Both the position numbers and the translations under genes were made by a program. From Azolla caroliniana (lineage: Eukaryota > Plantae > Polypodiophyta), in contig JBHGNT010000017.1 of the NCBI GenBank assembly GCA_043228905.1, positions 4,464,001 to 4,528,000 on the forward strand: a stretch of DNA of 64,000 nt, in the 5' to 3' direction. Positions 12,756-25,544 of this stretch are shown piece after piece (position 1 is the first letter of the stretch; each line of letters starts with the position of its first letter). The notes beneath the pieces are model-generated. The model did no database searches and was not told where the DNA came from. It worked only from the letters and a program-made list of their open reading frames with translations.

Positions 12756-13613
12756 TTGTCCATTGGTTTGGTCTTGTCCAATCGAAGGCCAAAGAAGTTA
12801 AGCCAAATTAGTTTGGCTGGGCTCACGCCAAACTAAAATGAGCTCAAACCATTTATGGAAGCTCAAGCCTCAATCAAGCCAAACCGAACCTCCAAACCAC
12901 TAAACAATTTAAAAACGGTTTAATAACAACTTGATTCTCGCTTGACCCGAGTCATTGCTTACTCTTACTCCCATCCTTATAAGAGAATACAAGAAGCCAA
13001 ACTAGTGTCATTTACATAGATTGATTGTTTGTATAGCCTCTAGAGACATTATGAGTTATTTGGGATGATCTTTTTACCATTCTACCCAAGCATTGATCAT
13101 TCTTCTATATTGGTATATGTAATATTCCACTAGTGATATTAGCGTCTCCTCTTCAATTCACAAAGGAATAAAACCTCACCATTTTGTGGAATATATCTTC
13201 AAACATGACCTCACGACATACACTTCACCCTTGGGATATATGTTGGGCCAAAGATTCTATAATCTTGTTTTACAGTTCATAATTTAGTGGATAATGAATC
13301 ATTTATGCACATGCATATCATTATCCACTTTGCGCTAATTAGCTTGCTTTTGAAAGAGCCTTTTGTCTTACAAATCCTTGTAGTGTGTTCACAAACTATT
13401 AGAGCTAGATCCCCTTAATATGTATTGTCCATCCATCTCAATGTCATTCCACAAGATGCATCGTTGAATGAGTTCCATATGTTCAATATTTTGGTTGGGA
13501 AATGATCCTCAATAAGTGTAACACACTTGAATGCATTTTTCATACCGTCACAAATATTTGAAGCTTGATCATCCTCTTTACTAAAAAATCCACACCACCA
13601 AATTTGCTACAAG

Positions 13614-13644
<31 letters not shown>

Positions 13645-13827
13645 ATTATATTATATTATATTATATATGTGGGCGAAATTGAGATAGACAATGTAAACTT
13701 TATCATTTTGTGCCAATGATTTTACTTCATGGTTGCTAGCTCTTTATCCCTCTTGAATATGCCTTGAGTTAATGGATCGTACCCATTTGCGTATTAAATT
13801 GGAAATGGTATCTTTCATCCAAGTCTT

Positions 13828-14790
13828 TATTTTCAAAACAAATGATCCTTCCATTAGTTATAAAGAAAGGTCGTAACGGTTGTTGACACATTATGCCATT
13901 CCTGTGAAGTCATGGATGCATGGACATTGCCAGGATTTAAAATGTGACAGTTGTGGCTCCCCCATTGAATCGGTTTACTATGCTTTATGGATATGTCTTA
14001 TTGCTAGAGTAGTTTGGAAAAGAATTTGAGAATGTTATATCCTATTTATGGTAGGCAGGTGTACACATGGGGTTTTGTAAGATGGGGAAGATTGGCTAAA
14101 GAAATTCAGAACTATGAAAAGGAGTATGGTGATTTTCTTCTCGTCTCCGATGGAAGACATGTATTGGAGGTCTTTGATACTATAACAATAAGTTGTTTGG
14201 AAGAGGATATGGTCTGGTCTACGATATCTTCTCTAGTAATTTGGGTATTGTGGAAGGTTAGATGTAAATGTGTATTTTAGAAAGTTAAATAGAATGCGGT
14301 TGAGTTAGTCAAAGAGGTATGGTTAATGCTCTTACATACTTTAAGAGGTCAATATGATGCAATAACTGGTGAGCTAGAGGTTGTGATTCCTAAACAACAA
14401 CAGTTTCGAGAAATTTGGAAAAATGCAGAGGTCTTCACCTCTTTTGGGGAAAGAATAAAGTGGAGATATGCTCCACCAAGATGGCTTTTTCCAAACCCTC
14501 CACCCTCCCCCCCCCCCCCCCCCCCCCCCTCGTCGGTCTTGGAACAACCCTAAATGAGGGCTTTTGATACTTAACAAGTTGGTTGATGTGGATATGAGGG
14601 TTGAAATATATTGTACGAATTTGTTGTAGCCTTTCGACATCTTTCCATTAATACCAAGGTGAACCTTCTTTAAAAAAGAAAGGTCATAACGGTTACATCA
14701 TACAAAGTATTTTTTCCCAAACCCGTCTTGTGTAGACAACAGTTGAGGAAACAAATCTATGTACTCCAATATAGAGAAAACAGTCCAACA
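13828..14790 (-). mobile_element. non-LTR retroposon 3' end, split by the LINE above; 5' limit uncertain
   Basis: 13828-13881 plus 14695-14790 is the reverse complement of 15540-15701. Confidence 0.65.
13882..14674 (+). mobile_element. 5'-truncated L1-type LINE (ORF2 C-terminal zinc-finger region and 3' UTR) with 20-bp TSD
   Basis: CDSC...ESVYYALWIC and IWVLWKVRCKCVF motifs; A-tail; TSD AAAGAAAGGTC(G/A)TAACGGTT at 13862-13881 and 14675-14694. Confidence 0.85.
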
Positions 14791-15539
14791 ATTACAATGT
14801 ATTCCCTAGAAACATTGCAAGGTATCTATATCCATAGGCAACAACTAAAGTAGCTCTATTCAGAAACAAACCCTCTCAAGTCATAGTTATGAACCATTCA
14901 ATACTTCTTCAACTTGTGCATCTCGGCTTTAAAGGCGATCAACTACGTTCTTTGGTCTTATATAGCATTGGTAAAATTTAAGAGTGCAAATCATGCATTA
15001 TTCCACCATCACCAACTCATAACTCTTGCATCGTGTATTTTATAGCTTGCAAGTCTTCTTGAACACCTCTTCTACCATATTTCTCCATTATATGCTCATA
15101 AACCACACATGCAACATTGTTAAAGAAGTGCATTAGATCAAGAAGGTGATGGATATATGAGTACATCATCCTTCATCCTTCATGCAACATTCTTAAAGAA
15201 GTTGCCTTTGGATTTTGGAAAAAGAAAAAGAAAAAGTTGTCTTTGGAAGATAGAAAATTCCTTCATTATTTTGGGAGGTATCAACTCATCATTGTCGAGT
15301 CATGGCAATGCATCATACCTAGTATATTCGTAAGGTTCATTAATATAATCACATATACATGGCATGATGTCTATATTTTGCACAAAAAACACTTGCAGGT
15401 ATATATAATGTTTTACTACCAACATTTTCCCTAATTAATATTACCTCGTCAAGAAAGCATTTCACCAATAATCGTTCGCAATATTGATAAAACAATCGCA
15501 AAATATCTTTCACCAATCATCAACAAACAAGTTTTGTAA

Positions 15540-15701
15540 TTACTGGATTGTTTTCTCTATGTTGGAGTACATAGATTTGTTTCCTCGGCCATTATATTAC
15601 ACAAGACAGGCTTGGGAAAAAATACTTTGTATGTTGAACCGTTATGACCTTTCTATATATCTAATAGAGGGATATTTTGTTTTTGGAAAAAAAAAAAAAA
15701 A
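15540..15701 (+). mobile_element. short poly(A)-tailed retroposon (LINE 3' UTR or SINE-like) with 15-bp TSD
   Basis: Poly(A) at about 15687-15704; TSD AAACAAGTTTTGTAA at 15525-15539 and 15702-15716. Confidence 0.8.
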
Positions 15702-16552
15702 AAACAAGTTTTGTAAAAAACCCAACGGCCAAATTTCTAACGAAATTTTTTCAATGGTATTGCAAGTTTTCTACAGTAATTGAATGCAATATTGGTACTT
15801 GGTAAGTATCGTTGATATTTCTAGATTTAAGTTAATTTAGCATAATTACCAATATTTACGTAAGACATCAATAATATTAGCAAGTTGCAACCAATAGTAG
15901 TATTGATATCAAAAATATAAATGGCATTATCATAATGTCTTAGTTGTTCAAACCTGTGTTTCAAAATATAATTTCCTTCATGATCATGGGACACTCAATG
16001 CAATCCTTCCAATATATGGGTGCTTTATGTCTAACCACAAAATTCTATATATCACATATTAACAAATCAAATAACTATAAGTCGGATACTCGCAACACTA
16101 ACATTGCAACAATAAGGTATTCCTTGTAGACTTTGCTACTTGGCTTAGACAAAGTGAATCTCTTTGGCATATATAAAAGTTATGTCACTTAAGGGGTTAG
16201 GATCTTGGTATAGGTAGATGGGAGGCTCATGATTACGATGAATATTGGAGATACATATTAGAGTACATTCTTCAAACTAGACATCACTCTACATGATCTG
16301 AAACCATTGAAAAATTAGTGAAGATTTAGTGAATTCGTGGCAAATTTGTGATAAATATAGCACATTAAAATTGAGAATATTTGATATTCATGTGCACTAT
16401 TCATACTAATGAGACCAATTATGAAGAAACAATGTAAGTTGATTAGTGTAGATTGCCCATGTTATACACAGATGAGGACAATAACGATAATCGTGAGATA
16501 TTCGACCATGGTGGATTTTCATACATAATTTGGTAACATGTACCATATTGTT

Positions 16553-18899
16553 CTTCTTTTTTCTCTTTTTTCTCTTTTTTCTTTTTTTAAAGGAAGATGC
16601 ACCTTAGTACTTTACTTGAAAAGTTCTACATAGGAAAAACAAGAAACATTTCATCTCACTTCTTTTTGTAAGATGCAAAAGCTAGTACATCTGATCAAAC
16701 AAATGATGTCATATATGACCAAGTAGAGCAATATTTACTATCCATTATCCAACATAAAAGAAGGTATGGCATAATTCCACTTTGGACCAACAGTTGTCTC
16801 TAAAAATAACTGGAGTCCTTGCCATCGGTTCTGAAAGGCCACTTGCCGTTGCCACAAAACATCATCCGAACCCTGCAGATCATCATATTGACCATGTAGT
16901 GTGTGAACAAACAACCTCCAAAATTCAATAAGCATAGTGTTGAGCTGTATGTGGACATTGTTAAAAACAGAATCACATCTCGTTTTCCATATTATCCAAA
17001 AAGCCAATGACGTAATAGTACGCCAAATGACTAGATTTTTAATTTTGAAATGTGGAATAGAAGAAGGAAACGAGGTGAGAGAGAGGTGTCCATAAGAAAA
17101 ACGAAAAAACATGAGAAGCATGCATACTTTCATACCTGCTAACCTCTCCATGAAGGACACCCCACAATATTGCACCCCAAGAGAAATTGAACGAGAGTAG
17201 TGTTGTCTCAACAATAAAAACAACTTACTCCAAAATTTCTTGATCTTGGGACATAACCAAAACACATGCAAAATCGATTAAGTAGGTGCGCCACAATGCA
17301 AACCACAAGCATATTGTTCATGTTGTCTCAACCAGTCCCCAACAGGAAGAACATAATGAATCAACAACCATCGAAAGAAAATGACGTTTTCTGGCAACTG
17401 CATGCTCCACAACCATCTCCAAAATTTGCAAGTTGTGATTCTTGCACATTATTCTCAGACTAGTGCTTCATGGCAGCAAGGCATTTATACTTTGCTTGCA
17501 ACAATAAATTTCTACCTAGCTTAACCGAATATTCGAAAAACTCCAAATGTTTAACATTTCCACCAAAACTTGGTTTTTTCCATTGATAATCATCCAGATC
17601 CCAATCCAAATTTTGAAGAGTTTTTTAAAAAAAAAACCCACAATGAGCAATACAACAAGCATTCTTGAAAGGTTGGATCCAAAGACCATTTTTTCCCCAA
17701 TCTTGCGACTACTCGAATAGCCAAAGTGTTGGCGGACATCCACACATTTGATGCAGAGTATACATGCCACAACCTACCATCATCATCAACATTAAAATAC
17801 ATAGCATCACCCATAACATTAGTTACTTTAGCTCCTAAAGTAACTTTTAAAGGAGAAAAATAGCCAAACCATATCTGATTACTTCAAGGAGACCATGAAG
17901 CCATAAGTTGTCTCAATGCCACTTGCATATCATTACACATAACAACACCTCCTCAAACTGAATGCATCGATAAAGATCATAACGGATGATTCATAAGATG
18001 ACATCCCTATTAAAGAACATTACATGCAATTGATGCATCCAAAGTAGCCCAATTTAGCCTATGGCGGCTACCAAGCAAAAAACCTCTTGCATCAGAGAAG
18101 AGAAAATTCCAAATCAAAGGCTGTCTCAACAAATCATCCATTGTCAAAGGCATTTTTTGGACCAAAAATTTCTTAACAACCCAACTTGTGAGAGTTCCAT
18201 TAAAAAATCTATCTTCTGGTAAGCATGTTTTAAATAAATGAAATTTTTGGATAAAAGCCCACCTCAATGAGGGTTGTCAAACTCCGCCTATTGTCAGACA
18301 CATAGTAGACAACCTACGCATCATTAGCTGACTCCAAATATCTTGTATTGGCAACATAGCTCTACACACAAATTTAGAGAGCAAAGCCTGACATTGTGAT
18401 GTCAGATCCACCAACCCAAACCCACCAAGCCTTACATTGTCTCGGAGTAATCAATACTGCCCAAGCTAGGCCTTTTATTCTGACCTGTTTTTCCTCCCCA
18501 AATGTAATTGTGAATAAGACATTGGACTTGGAAAATACATGACCTAACAACCAACGTAGTAGAAGCAATATACCAAATAGTTGCAAGAAGAACTTGATTA
18601 AAGCTACGAGTACACGGCCTGCAAATGATAGGTCAACCGAATCCTAGAGCAACAATATCATCCTTAACTTTAAACGTAGATGAGGAATTAACACATCCGC
18701 ATTAACGTGAAGTCCCGCTTGGCAACCCAAGTAACGAATTTATGGAACCCATTTGAATTCTTTCGAAGGCATCCAAGTAGGCAACGGATTTGGCGATACC
18801 CAAAGACCAAGAGATTTATGCCAATTTACCTTTGCCCCCGACGCCAAGCAGAATTCCTCCACCGCTACTTGTATTTTTCTTAAATGATCATCATTACCT
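16553..18899 (-). mobile_element. 5'-truncated degenerate L1-type LINE (RT C-terminus to zinc finger)
   Basis: SGAKVNWHKS, RYLG, HVFWLCPKIKKFW and WIIWKTRCDSVF motifs with stops and frameshifts. T-rich tail at 16551-16588. TSD TACCATATT(G/C)TT at 16541-16552 and 18900-18911. Confidence 0.85.
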
Positions 18900-19042
18900 T
18901 ACCATATTCTTTTCCATTGACCCCAAACGTCATTTAACACAGTAAGAAGAATAACATTGCCTTTATAAAATTTACAATTTATTATTAGGGAAGCTAGGGT
19001 GGGACCAAACAAAGATCACATTGACCAATCAACAATTTACTC

Positions 19043-20741
19043 AGCAATTAGCCTTGTTCATTAACCCAAAAACCCAATTGTGTTGGAATGTGTAGCAATT
19101 AGCCTTGTTCATTAATCCAAAGCCAAATATGTGTTAGAATGTGTAGCAATTAGCCTTGTTTTTTTTCCGATAAAAAATATCCTCCATTGGTATTAAAATT
19201 AAAGGAACAATATACATATAATGTCTTGCATGTGTTCTAATACAATAGCTCCTCGGCATATCCATAGTCTCTATAGCCTCTTTTTAGTGCATTCCATGAG
19301 ACGATATTTGAAACCATAATTGTGCTAAATGTTTTCTACACAATTTCTACATTTCGAGCATATCTCGAAATTAAACTAGACCATTCAAAAAGACTTCTTG
19401 CTTGTCTTATGGCAAAGACTTGTTAAGCTTCAAGCATACTTATCAATAAGGGCACTTGTTTCTGTGACCTCCATGTTTTGTGAGGACATTTGAACATGGG
19501 AGTTTTTCCCTTTCTCTTTTTGTATATCTCCCATGTTGCCAGATGCTTTCAACATACCAGAAAATGTCATCATAGTAGGTAAGAGGCCTTGCACAAGCAT
19601 TTCAAGATAGAGTTGTAAAACATCCTCATTCTTATCATGCTCAGTATAGCCCAATGAATGGCAATCCTTTGTACCACATCTCCAACCAACAATAATCCAT
19701 CAAAAAGCTCTCAGGCTTCAATTATTGGTTCACATATACGGTACCAACAGAAGGATCTTTTTCAAATCCTTCTTTTGCAGTATCACCATGTAATTCCCCT
19801 CCTTTGGTTAGAGACTCTACTCCAAAACAAGCTTTCAAGAAGTAGACAAATCAAGTTGAGTCGGGAGAAATTTCTACTTGCATTAGTTCCAGGCAATAAA
19901 ACACTTGCTTTTCGAGCCCATAGTTAGCATATCCAGATGCGATCACATTCCATTATCATACCACATTTGATGTACATATCAATCAAAGAGTCCCATAAGC
20001 ATTTAGGACACTTATATAGGTCACTGCTTCAAGAGGGAATGTCATCGTTTCCATCTGTTCTAACAACTAACAAACATAGGGCATCTTCAGTTGGCCCATA
20101 TCGAGCATATCCACTAATAAGGGTATTCCACGATATCACATCTTGACTTGGTCGATCCTCGACTACATCCAATGCTAGAGTAAGAGAGACACATTTTGTG
20201 TACATGTCTATCAAAGCATTAACAAGAAATAGATGTCTTTCGTACCCATCTTTAGCAATCTCCAAATGTAATTCTTGACCTTCATCCCAATTACCATCTT
20301 TGAGAGTTGCTTAGATAAATGACAACATCAAGAATAAATCCCTCCATTTGCAGATGCTCAACAAAATTAAGAGTTTCTTCACAAAACCCAATTCCACATT
20401 ACCTTGATCTTGCATAAACTGAACATAATTCAATGATTCTTTATCTTGGCCATTGACTACATATCCTCTTGTGCTTTTGCAAGGAAACAATTAGCCTTGT
20501 TCATTAACCAAAACCCGAATTTGTGTTAGAATGTGTATCGATTAACCTTGTTCATTAACCCAGAACCAAATTTGTGTTACAATGTGTAGTGTATTAGCCT
20601 TGTTCATTAACCCAGAACCAAATTTGTGTTACAATGTGTAGTGTATTAGCCTTATTCATTAACCCAGAACCATATTTGTGTTAGAATGTGTAGCAATTAG
20701 CCTTGTTCATTAACCCAAAACCAAATTTGTGCTAGAATGTA
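19043..20741. repeat. ~51-bp minisatellite, about 7 units, interrupted by the PPR retrocopy
   Basis: Unit GCAATTAGCCTTGTTCATTAACCCARAACCAAATTTGTGTTAGAATGTGTA at 19043-19160 and 20488-20741. Confidence 0.9.
19161..20487 (-). pseudogene. retroposed PLS-class pentatricopeptide repeat (PPR) pseudogene fragment
   Basis: LVNALIDMYTKC, DVISWNTLISGYARYG, TFSGMLKASGNMG and TSALIDKYA motifs with stops and deletions. A-tail; 14-bp TSD CAATTAGCCTTGTT at 19147-19160 and 20488-20501. Confidence 0.85.
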
Positions 20742-21069
20742 GACTGGCAATATTAATACTGGTGTGTTAAGAGATGGAGCTAAGTTATAAGCAAGAAGAA
20801 GTCCCATGATTAATGGAGAAAAAAAAGGTAATAATAGTCTCAAGGGTACAAAACACTAAGATCATGAGTAGCTCTTGCATGAGTATAACAATATGGTGGG
20901 GAGTACCCAATGTGGATACAATAATATCAAGATGATTGATTTAGATGATTAGGGAAGAAACTGTATAGCAATTAAAATTACATTATATGGTGACTTATAT
21001 GAGTCCAACCACAGGATTAATGTGATCATATATAAATCCTTGCATAATTGATTTAATGCAGGCATGATC

Positions 21070-21252
21070 TCACAATGAGAGCTTCAGAGTGAGGTCTATG
21101 TCCACTACACTCGGCCGTCGGAGCTTATAATTCGCCTCGAAGATACTCCTGGTTCTTCGGTTTTGCAGGACATTAATCGTAGTGTCTTCTTCGAGATTAT
21201 AATGGTCTCGGCTTCGATAATTCGTAGCAGCATTACTAGAGCTTGAAATAAC
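21070..21252 (-). CDS. SPEAR last exon with C-terminal EAR motif
   Basis: Acceptor TTTTTTTTCCAG/GTT; ends DIDLTLKLSL-TGA. Confidence 0.85.
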   Translation of the reverse strand, partial: VISSSSNAATNYRSRDHYNLEEDTTINVLQNRRTRSIFEANYKLRRPSVVDIDLTLKLSL

Positions 21253-23779
21253 CTGGAAAAAAAAAGGAGAAAGATTTGCACACACATTGTTAATGAGATC
21301 CTATCAGAATGTGGTGTGTGGTCGATCATAATTTAGGAAAAGAAAACTTTATCCCTATCATTAATTAATTGATCCATTATCTGAATGAAGCTCTCCAAAT
21401 TTGAATTGATACTTACAATGGGAGGTGCCATGATTGAAAACTGGGTTGTTTCTCTAGTTGCCCCTTGATGGCGTGGATCGTACTGTACACCACTCATATC
21501 GTCATAATTAATGGGATGATCGTGGTCATTATGATTATCATTCTCATCGTGATGATGTTGATTGTGACCATGCTCATGATTATGATGATTACGATTGCGA
21601 TTATCGCTATGATCAAGATGATTATGATTATGATTATGACTATGATCGTGATGATTATTATGACTATGATCATGAAGATGATTATTATGATTATGACTAT
21701 GATCATGATGATGATTATGTTTATGATTATGATTATGATCATGATCATGCTGATGGCAGAGGCCGAGAGACAGATTCAGGTGAATATAATCTGCGCCCTG
21801 TGACTGCGGCGATGGAGTCCTGGAATTGTAATGAGCCCGCGGGGATCTGATTAAACCTTCCTGATCGCGTGCATCAGATGATTGACGTCGATCAGTACTA
21901 CTGCAAATAATTGGCTTCGAATATTGTGGACGATCGCACTGATTACCACACAGATCACATCAGCGTATCGAAAGGGAAAGCTCATTACGGCAAAAATTTA
22001 ACAGAAAAAAGAACAGGAAACATATATATATATATATATATATGTGTCAGGAAAGAACAGGAAAGGGGGAACTAATTTTCAAAAATCTTCTGCAGATACC
22101 CTAATAGTAGCAGCAGTAGTAATCGTAGTATTAGTAGTAGTTGTTGTTGTAGTCTCGTTCAAATTCCTGCAGGAGCGTCCCAACCAATCCACTGCTACAT
22201 TTGGCCGGCCCTCCAAATTAGTGCAGGCCGGATTGTTTGGCGGCGGACATATCATCATCCTTCCGCCCAATTCCTATAGTTACACAGGGAATTTTAATAC
22301 GAAAATTTGCAAAGAAATCACCACAATAAGCAGTAATATTCACTGCCCTAACACATTATGAAACAAAAACAAAAAGGAAAAATCATTATTACTAAAGCAC
22401 GTACGTGCATGCAAAAAAAAAAAAAAAAAAAACAGAGGCTCTAATATTATGCATGCATGTAATGAGTAGAAGCCTCCTTAATCACCATTAACAGAGTGAG
22501 AATCAGTAAATAACATCTCATTGGCCATGTTAATGAATTTATGAATGAATGCTAACTGCGCTTTTCTTTTTGCTTGCTTATAGTCATTCATAATCGTGAT
22601 TAATTTCGCATGCAGAGTCCTTAATCACCATTAAAAGATTGAGAATTAGTAAATAACAGCTCATTGGCCATGTTAATGAATTCATGAAGGAATGCTAACT
22701 GCGCTTAACAAAATCCGTGCTTTTCTTTTTGCCTGCGTATAGTCATTCATAATCGTGATTAATTTAGCGTGCAGAATCCGTGCCTGAGTTGAAACTATCG
22801 GCCGGACGATCTGATCAGCATCCATTGTACGTAATCCCCCGCCATCTGCGAATTGCTGCTGCTGCTCCCCATGAGGATGGCTGTCCTCTTGACTAGAGAT
22901 TCGATTAGTCGCTTGATTGGATTCCTTACTAATCAATCCTGGCTGCAGGCTAAGGCTAAGATCAGATTTCTCCATGGTCTTCAGATTAATCAGACATGGA
23001 CGTGATGAGGATAGCCTGCGATCGCGATCGTGGACGTGATTGGGATGCTGATTAGGGTTATAGCTATGATTGTCAGGGTTCCTGGGCAGGAGGCCCGATT
23101 GGAGATGGCTCACAATCGAGGCAGCAGCAGAAGTGACGGAGAGGCTGCGCTGCTGCTGGAGATTGATGATGCTACTGTGCAATGCTGGTGCGCGATCATA
23201 GCGAAGATGATGATGCTGATGGGTTGCAGAAGTATCAGGCGAAGGATTATTAGGGTTTAAAGGTCTGGCGATGGAGGCATTGGGGCCATTGATCATCACG
23301 TGCCTAGGATGAGCAGGCTGGGAATTCATAGGGTTTATCAGTATCACGGAATTAGGGTTTCCAGCATCCCGTTGATTTTCGGGAGGACTAGGTTTAGCGT
23401 GATTCCCAGAATAATTAGGGTTCCCCGGGTGGATCGGGTGTTGGTGATTGGCCGCGCGGATCACGTGCTGCAGCTGAGCCTGCACGTGATTAATGCAGAT
23501 CTGGCTATTGCTGCCGCTGCTAATCAGGTTAGGGCTGCTAATGACGTTGAGGTTGGGGTAATTAATGGTGTAATTAAGCTCCTCCATGCGCCTGAGTTTC
23601 TCCAGCTGAGCCACGCCCAGCCCTCTCTGAGGAGGCCTCTTCCTAATATTACTATTATTATGATTATTATGATTATTATGACTATTATGATTATGACTGG
23701 TGTGGTGATTATTAGCGCCATTAGAGGAGTTACAATTCCTGCTCCCACCTTTCGACCTCCCACTCGTACTGTATTTCAT
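21070..23779 (-). CDS. SPEAR: SPOROCYTELESS/NOZZLE-TIE (SPEAR) family transcriptional repressor, 4 coding exons, about 624 aa
   Basis: SPL motif KRPPQRGLGVAQLEKLR near the N-terminus; C-terminal EAR DIDLTLKLSL*. Predicted exons 23779-22784, 22273-22100, 21938-21417 and 21252-21070 all join in phase 0 without stops (first intron GC-AG, others GT-AG). Confidence 0.88.
21417..21938 (-). CDS. SPEAR exon 3 (LNLSLGL motif followed by an HxHxH tract)
   Basis: Acceptor AATCAG/TGC, donor ATT/GTAAGT; 174 open codons. Confidence 0.72.
22100..22273 (-). CDS. SPEAR exon 2
   Basis: Acceptor CTATAG/GAA, donor AGG/GTATCT; 58 open codons. Confidence 0.7.
22478..22779. repeat. ~140-160-bp tandem duplication in SPEAR intron 1
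   Basis: CTTAATCACCATTAA...GTGATTAATTT.GC.TGCAGA.TC occurs twice. Confidence 0.8.
22784..23779 (-). CDS. SPEAR exon 1 (SPL motif, His/Asn tracts, internal DLSLSL)
   Basis: ATG preceded by an in-frame stop; donor CAG/GCACGG inferred from phase and from intron-like duplicated sequence beyond it. Confidence 0.8.
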
Positions 23780-25544
23780 CTGCTGCTGCCTTTCTTTTTA
23801 ATCTTCACCACGACAGTAGATATGATCCCTTCCTTCCTCTGCATGTAAATCTGGTTTGCCCGCGGATTGATGCCTCTCCCGATTAATTTATATATCATCC
23901 ATGTCAAATTGTTATCAGATAGAATAGCAATTACAGCAAATCTACTGAACAGTAAAAGCACTTCGATTTAAAATGAATTGGGAAGAAGTGTAGATCACAG
24001 GGAATTTAATTCGAACTCAATCGGTTTAGGAACCAATAATCACCCAACATTTTAATTACTCATAAATCGTTAATCGCTTGATTAGATACTGCGTTATACA
24101 TATCTATATATCTCTGTGTATGTGAGTGATTAAGATATAGGTCTGCAGATCTGTAAAATATAGGTATTGGTTGGGATCTCCAAGAAGCATTAGCGCCTGC
24201 TAGCTGGCCATGGTATCATATAAAATAATTAATAACAGCAATTCATTAATTTATGACAGTGTTTAATTCTTTGTAGCATATATATAAATATATATATATA
24301 TATATCAGAGAGGTAATTTAGGACGATAAGGACATTTGTGTTCAGAGATTGATTTGCAAGGATAAATAATATGCTTCCCAGCAAGAAAATAAAGAAAAGG
24401 AACCTCAAGATTTATTCTTATTAGTATGTTATTATGTATATGTATACACAGGGTTCTAATGTTAGCTTCTGATGTTATTTATTATAGATTGGTGAAGAAT
24501 ATATATATTATTGAGGTTTTATTATGGATATTATTGTATGTATATGATACATATATTGAGTTAATGGGGGTTTGCTCCTGTCTAAGGAAGAAAATTGTAT
24601 TTACTGACGTACAATCAAAATATTTGATTGGTGAGGAAATTAGGAGAGGGAATTGAGAAATTAAAAGTTTGGGTAATACAAATTTTGGGGGTGCAGCTGG
24701 ATAAAATTAATTGAGAAACGTAAATGTGGAATGGTGGTAGGAAGGAAAAAATAGAAAAGAAAAGGGGGAGCAGTTTGCTGTCAAAATCCGGAGGAGGAAG
24801 AAGCAGAAAGACAGAGACAGATCAGAGAACGAATTGGGAGTGTGTGTGTGTGTGTGTGTGTGTGTAAGTAAAACAATAAAGAGAAAGACTGAATTGAATG
24901 GACATGGAAATGGAATGAAGATTAGGGGTGCTTTCAAATAGAAAAAATAGTTAATTAACAATAGCCTTATAAAAGTAATAGCCCATTTCATACTAAGATT
25001 TGAATAAATTAATTATGTGCGTCTGGTTAATTATGGTAATAATATGCGATTGTGTGTGTGTGTGTTAATGATGATGGCGATAGTTCTATATACATGTTCC
25101 TGTCCGTCCCCACACATCAACATCTGGTCATTATAAATCTATGGCAATAATAATAGTAATAATAATGACAGCCAAATAATTGATACTACTCCCGCTAACA
25201 GCATATGTATGTACATATGTGAATGTACACATTATATTCCAATTCCTATTATGATTGTGATTGTTATTGTGATTGTGATTGTGATTATGATTATGATTAG
25301 AAAGATCATTTGTTTTCGGGCGAGTTTCATTTTCTTTTTATTCTGCGTGTGTTTGTGTGTGTGTATTTAGTGATTAGTTCGTTAATCCGCCTGATTAGTA
25401 CGTCTAATCATTTTTAGTACGATTACTCACTCTTTTTTTTCTTTTTTATATAGCGAAATAAAACAAAATATAGAATTTTTATATATCTGTTTCTTTAATC
25501 TCACACACGCGAATAAGATTTTATAACATTACAATTTACAATAA

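Noticed and set aside
14503-14530. Poly(C) run / poly-proline
   Set aside because: Homopolymer at the end of a dead LINE ORF2; length unreliable and no evidence of function.
21465-21803. Met/Ile-rich hydrophobic ORFs (also 21494-21748 and 23300-23848)
   Set aside because: Antisense or alternate-frame shadows of the His/Asn-rich SPEAR exons.
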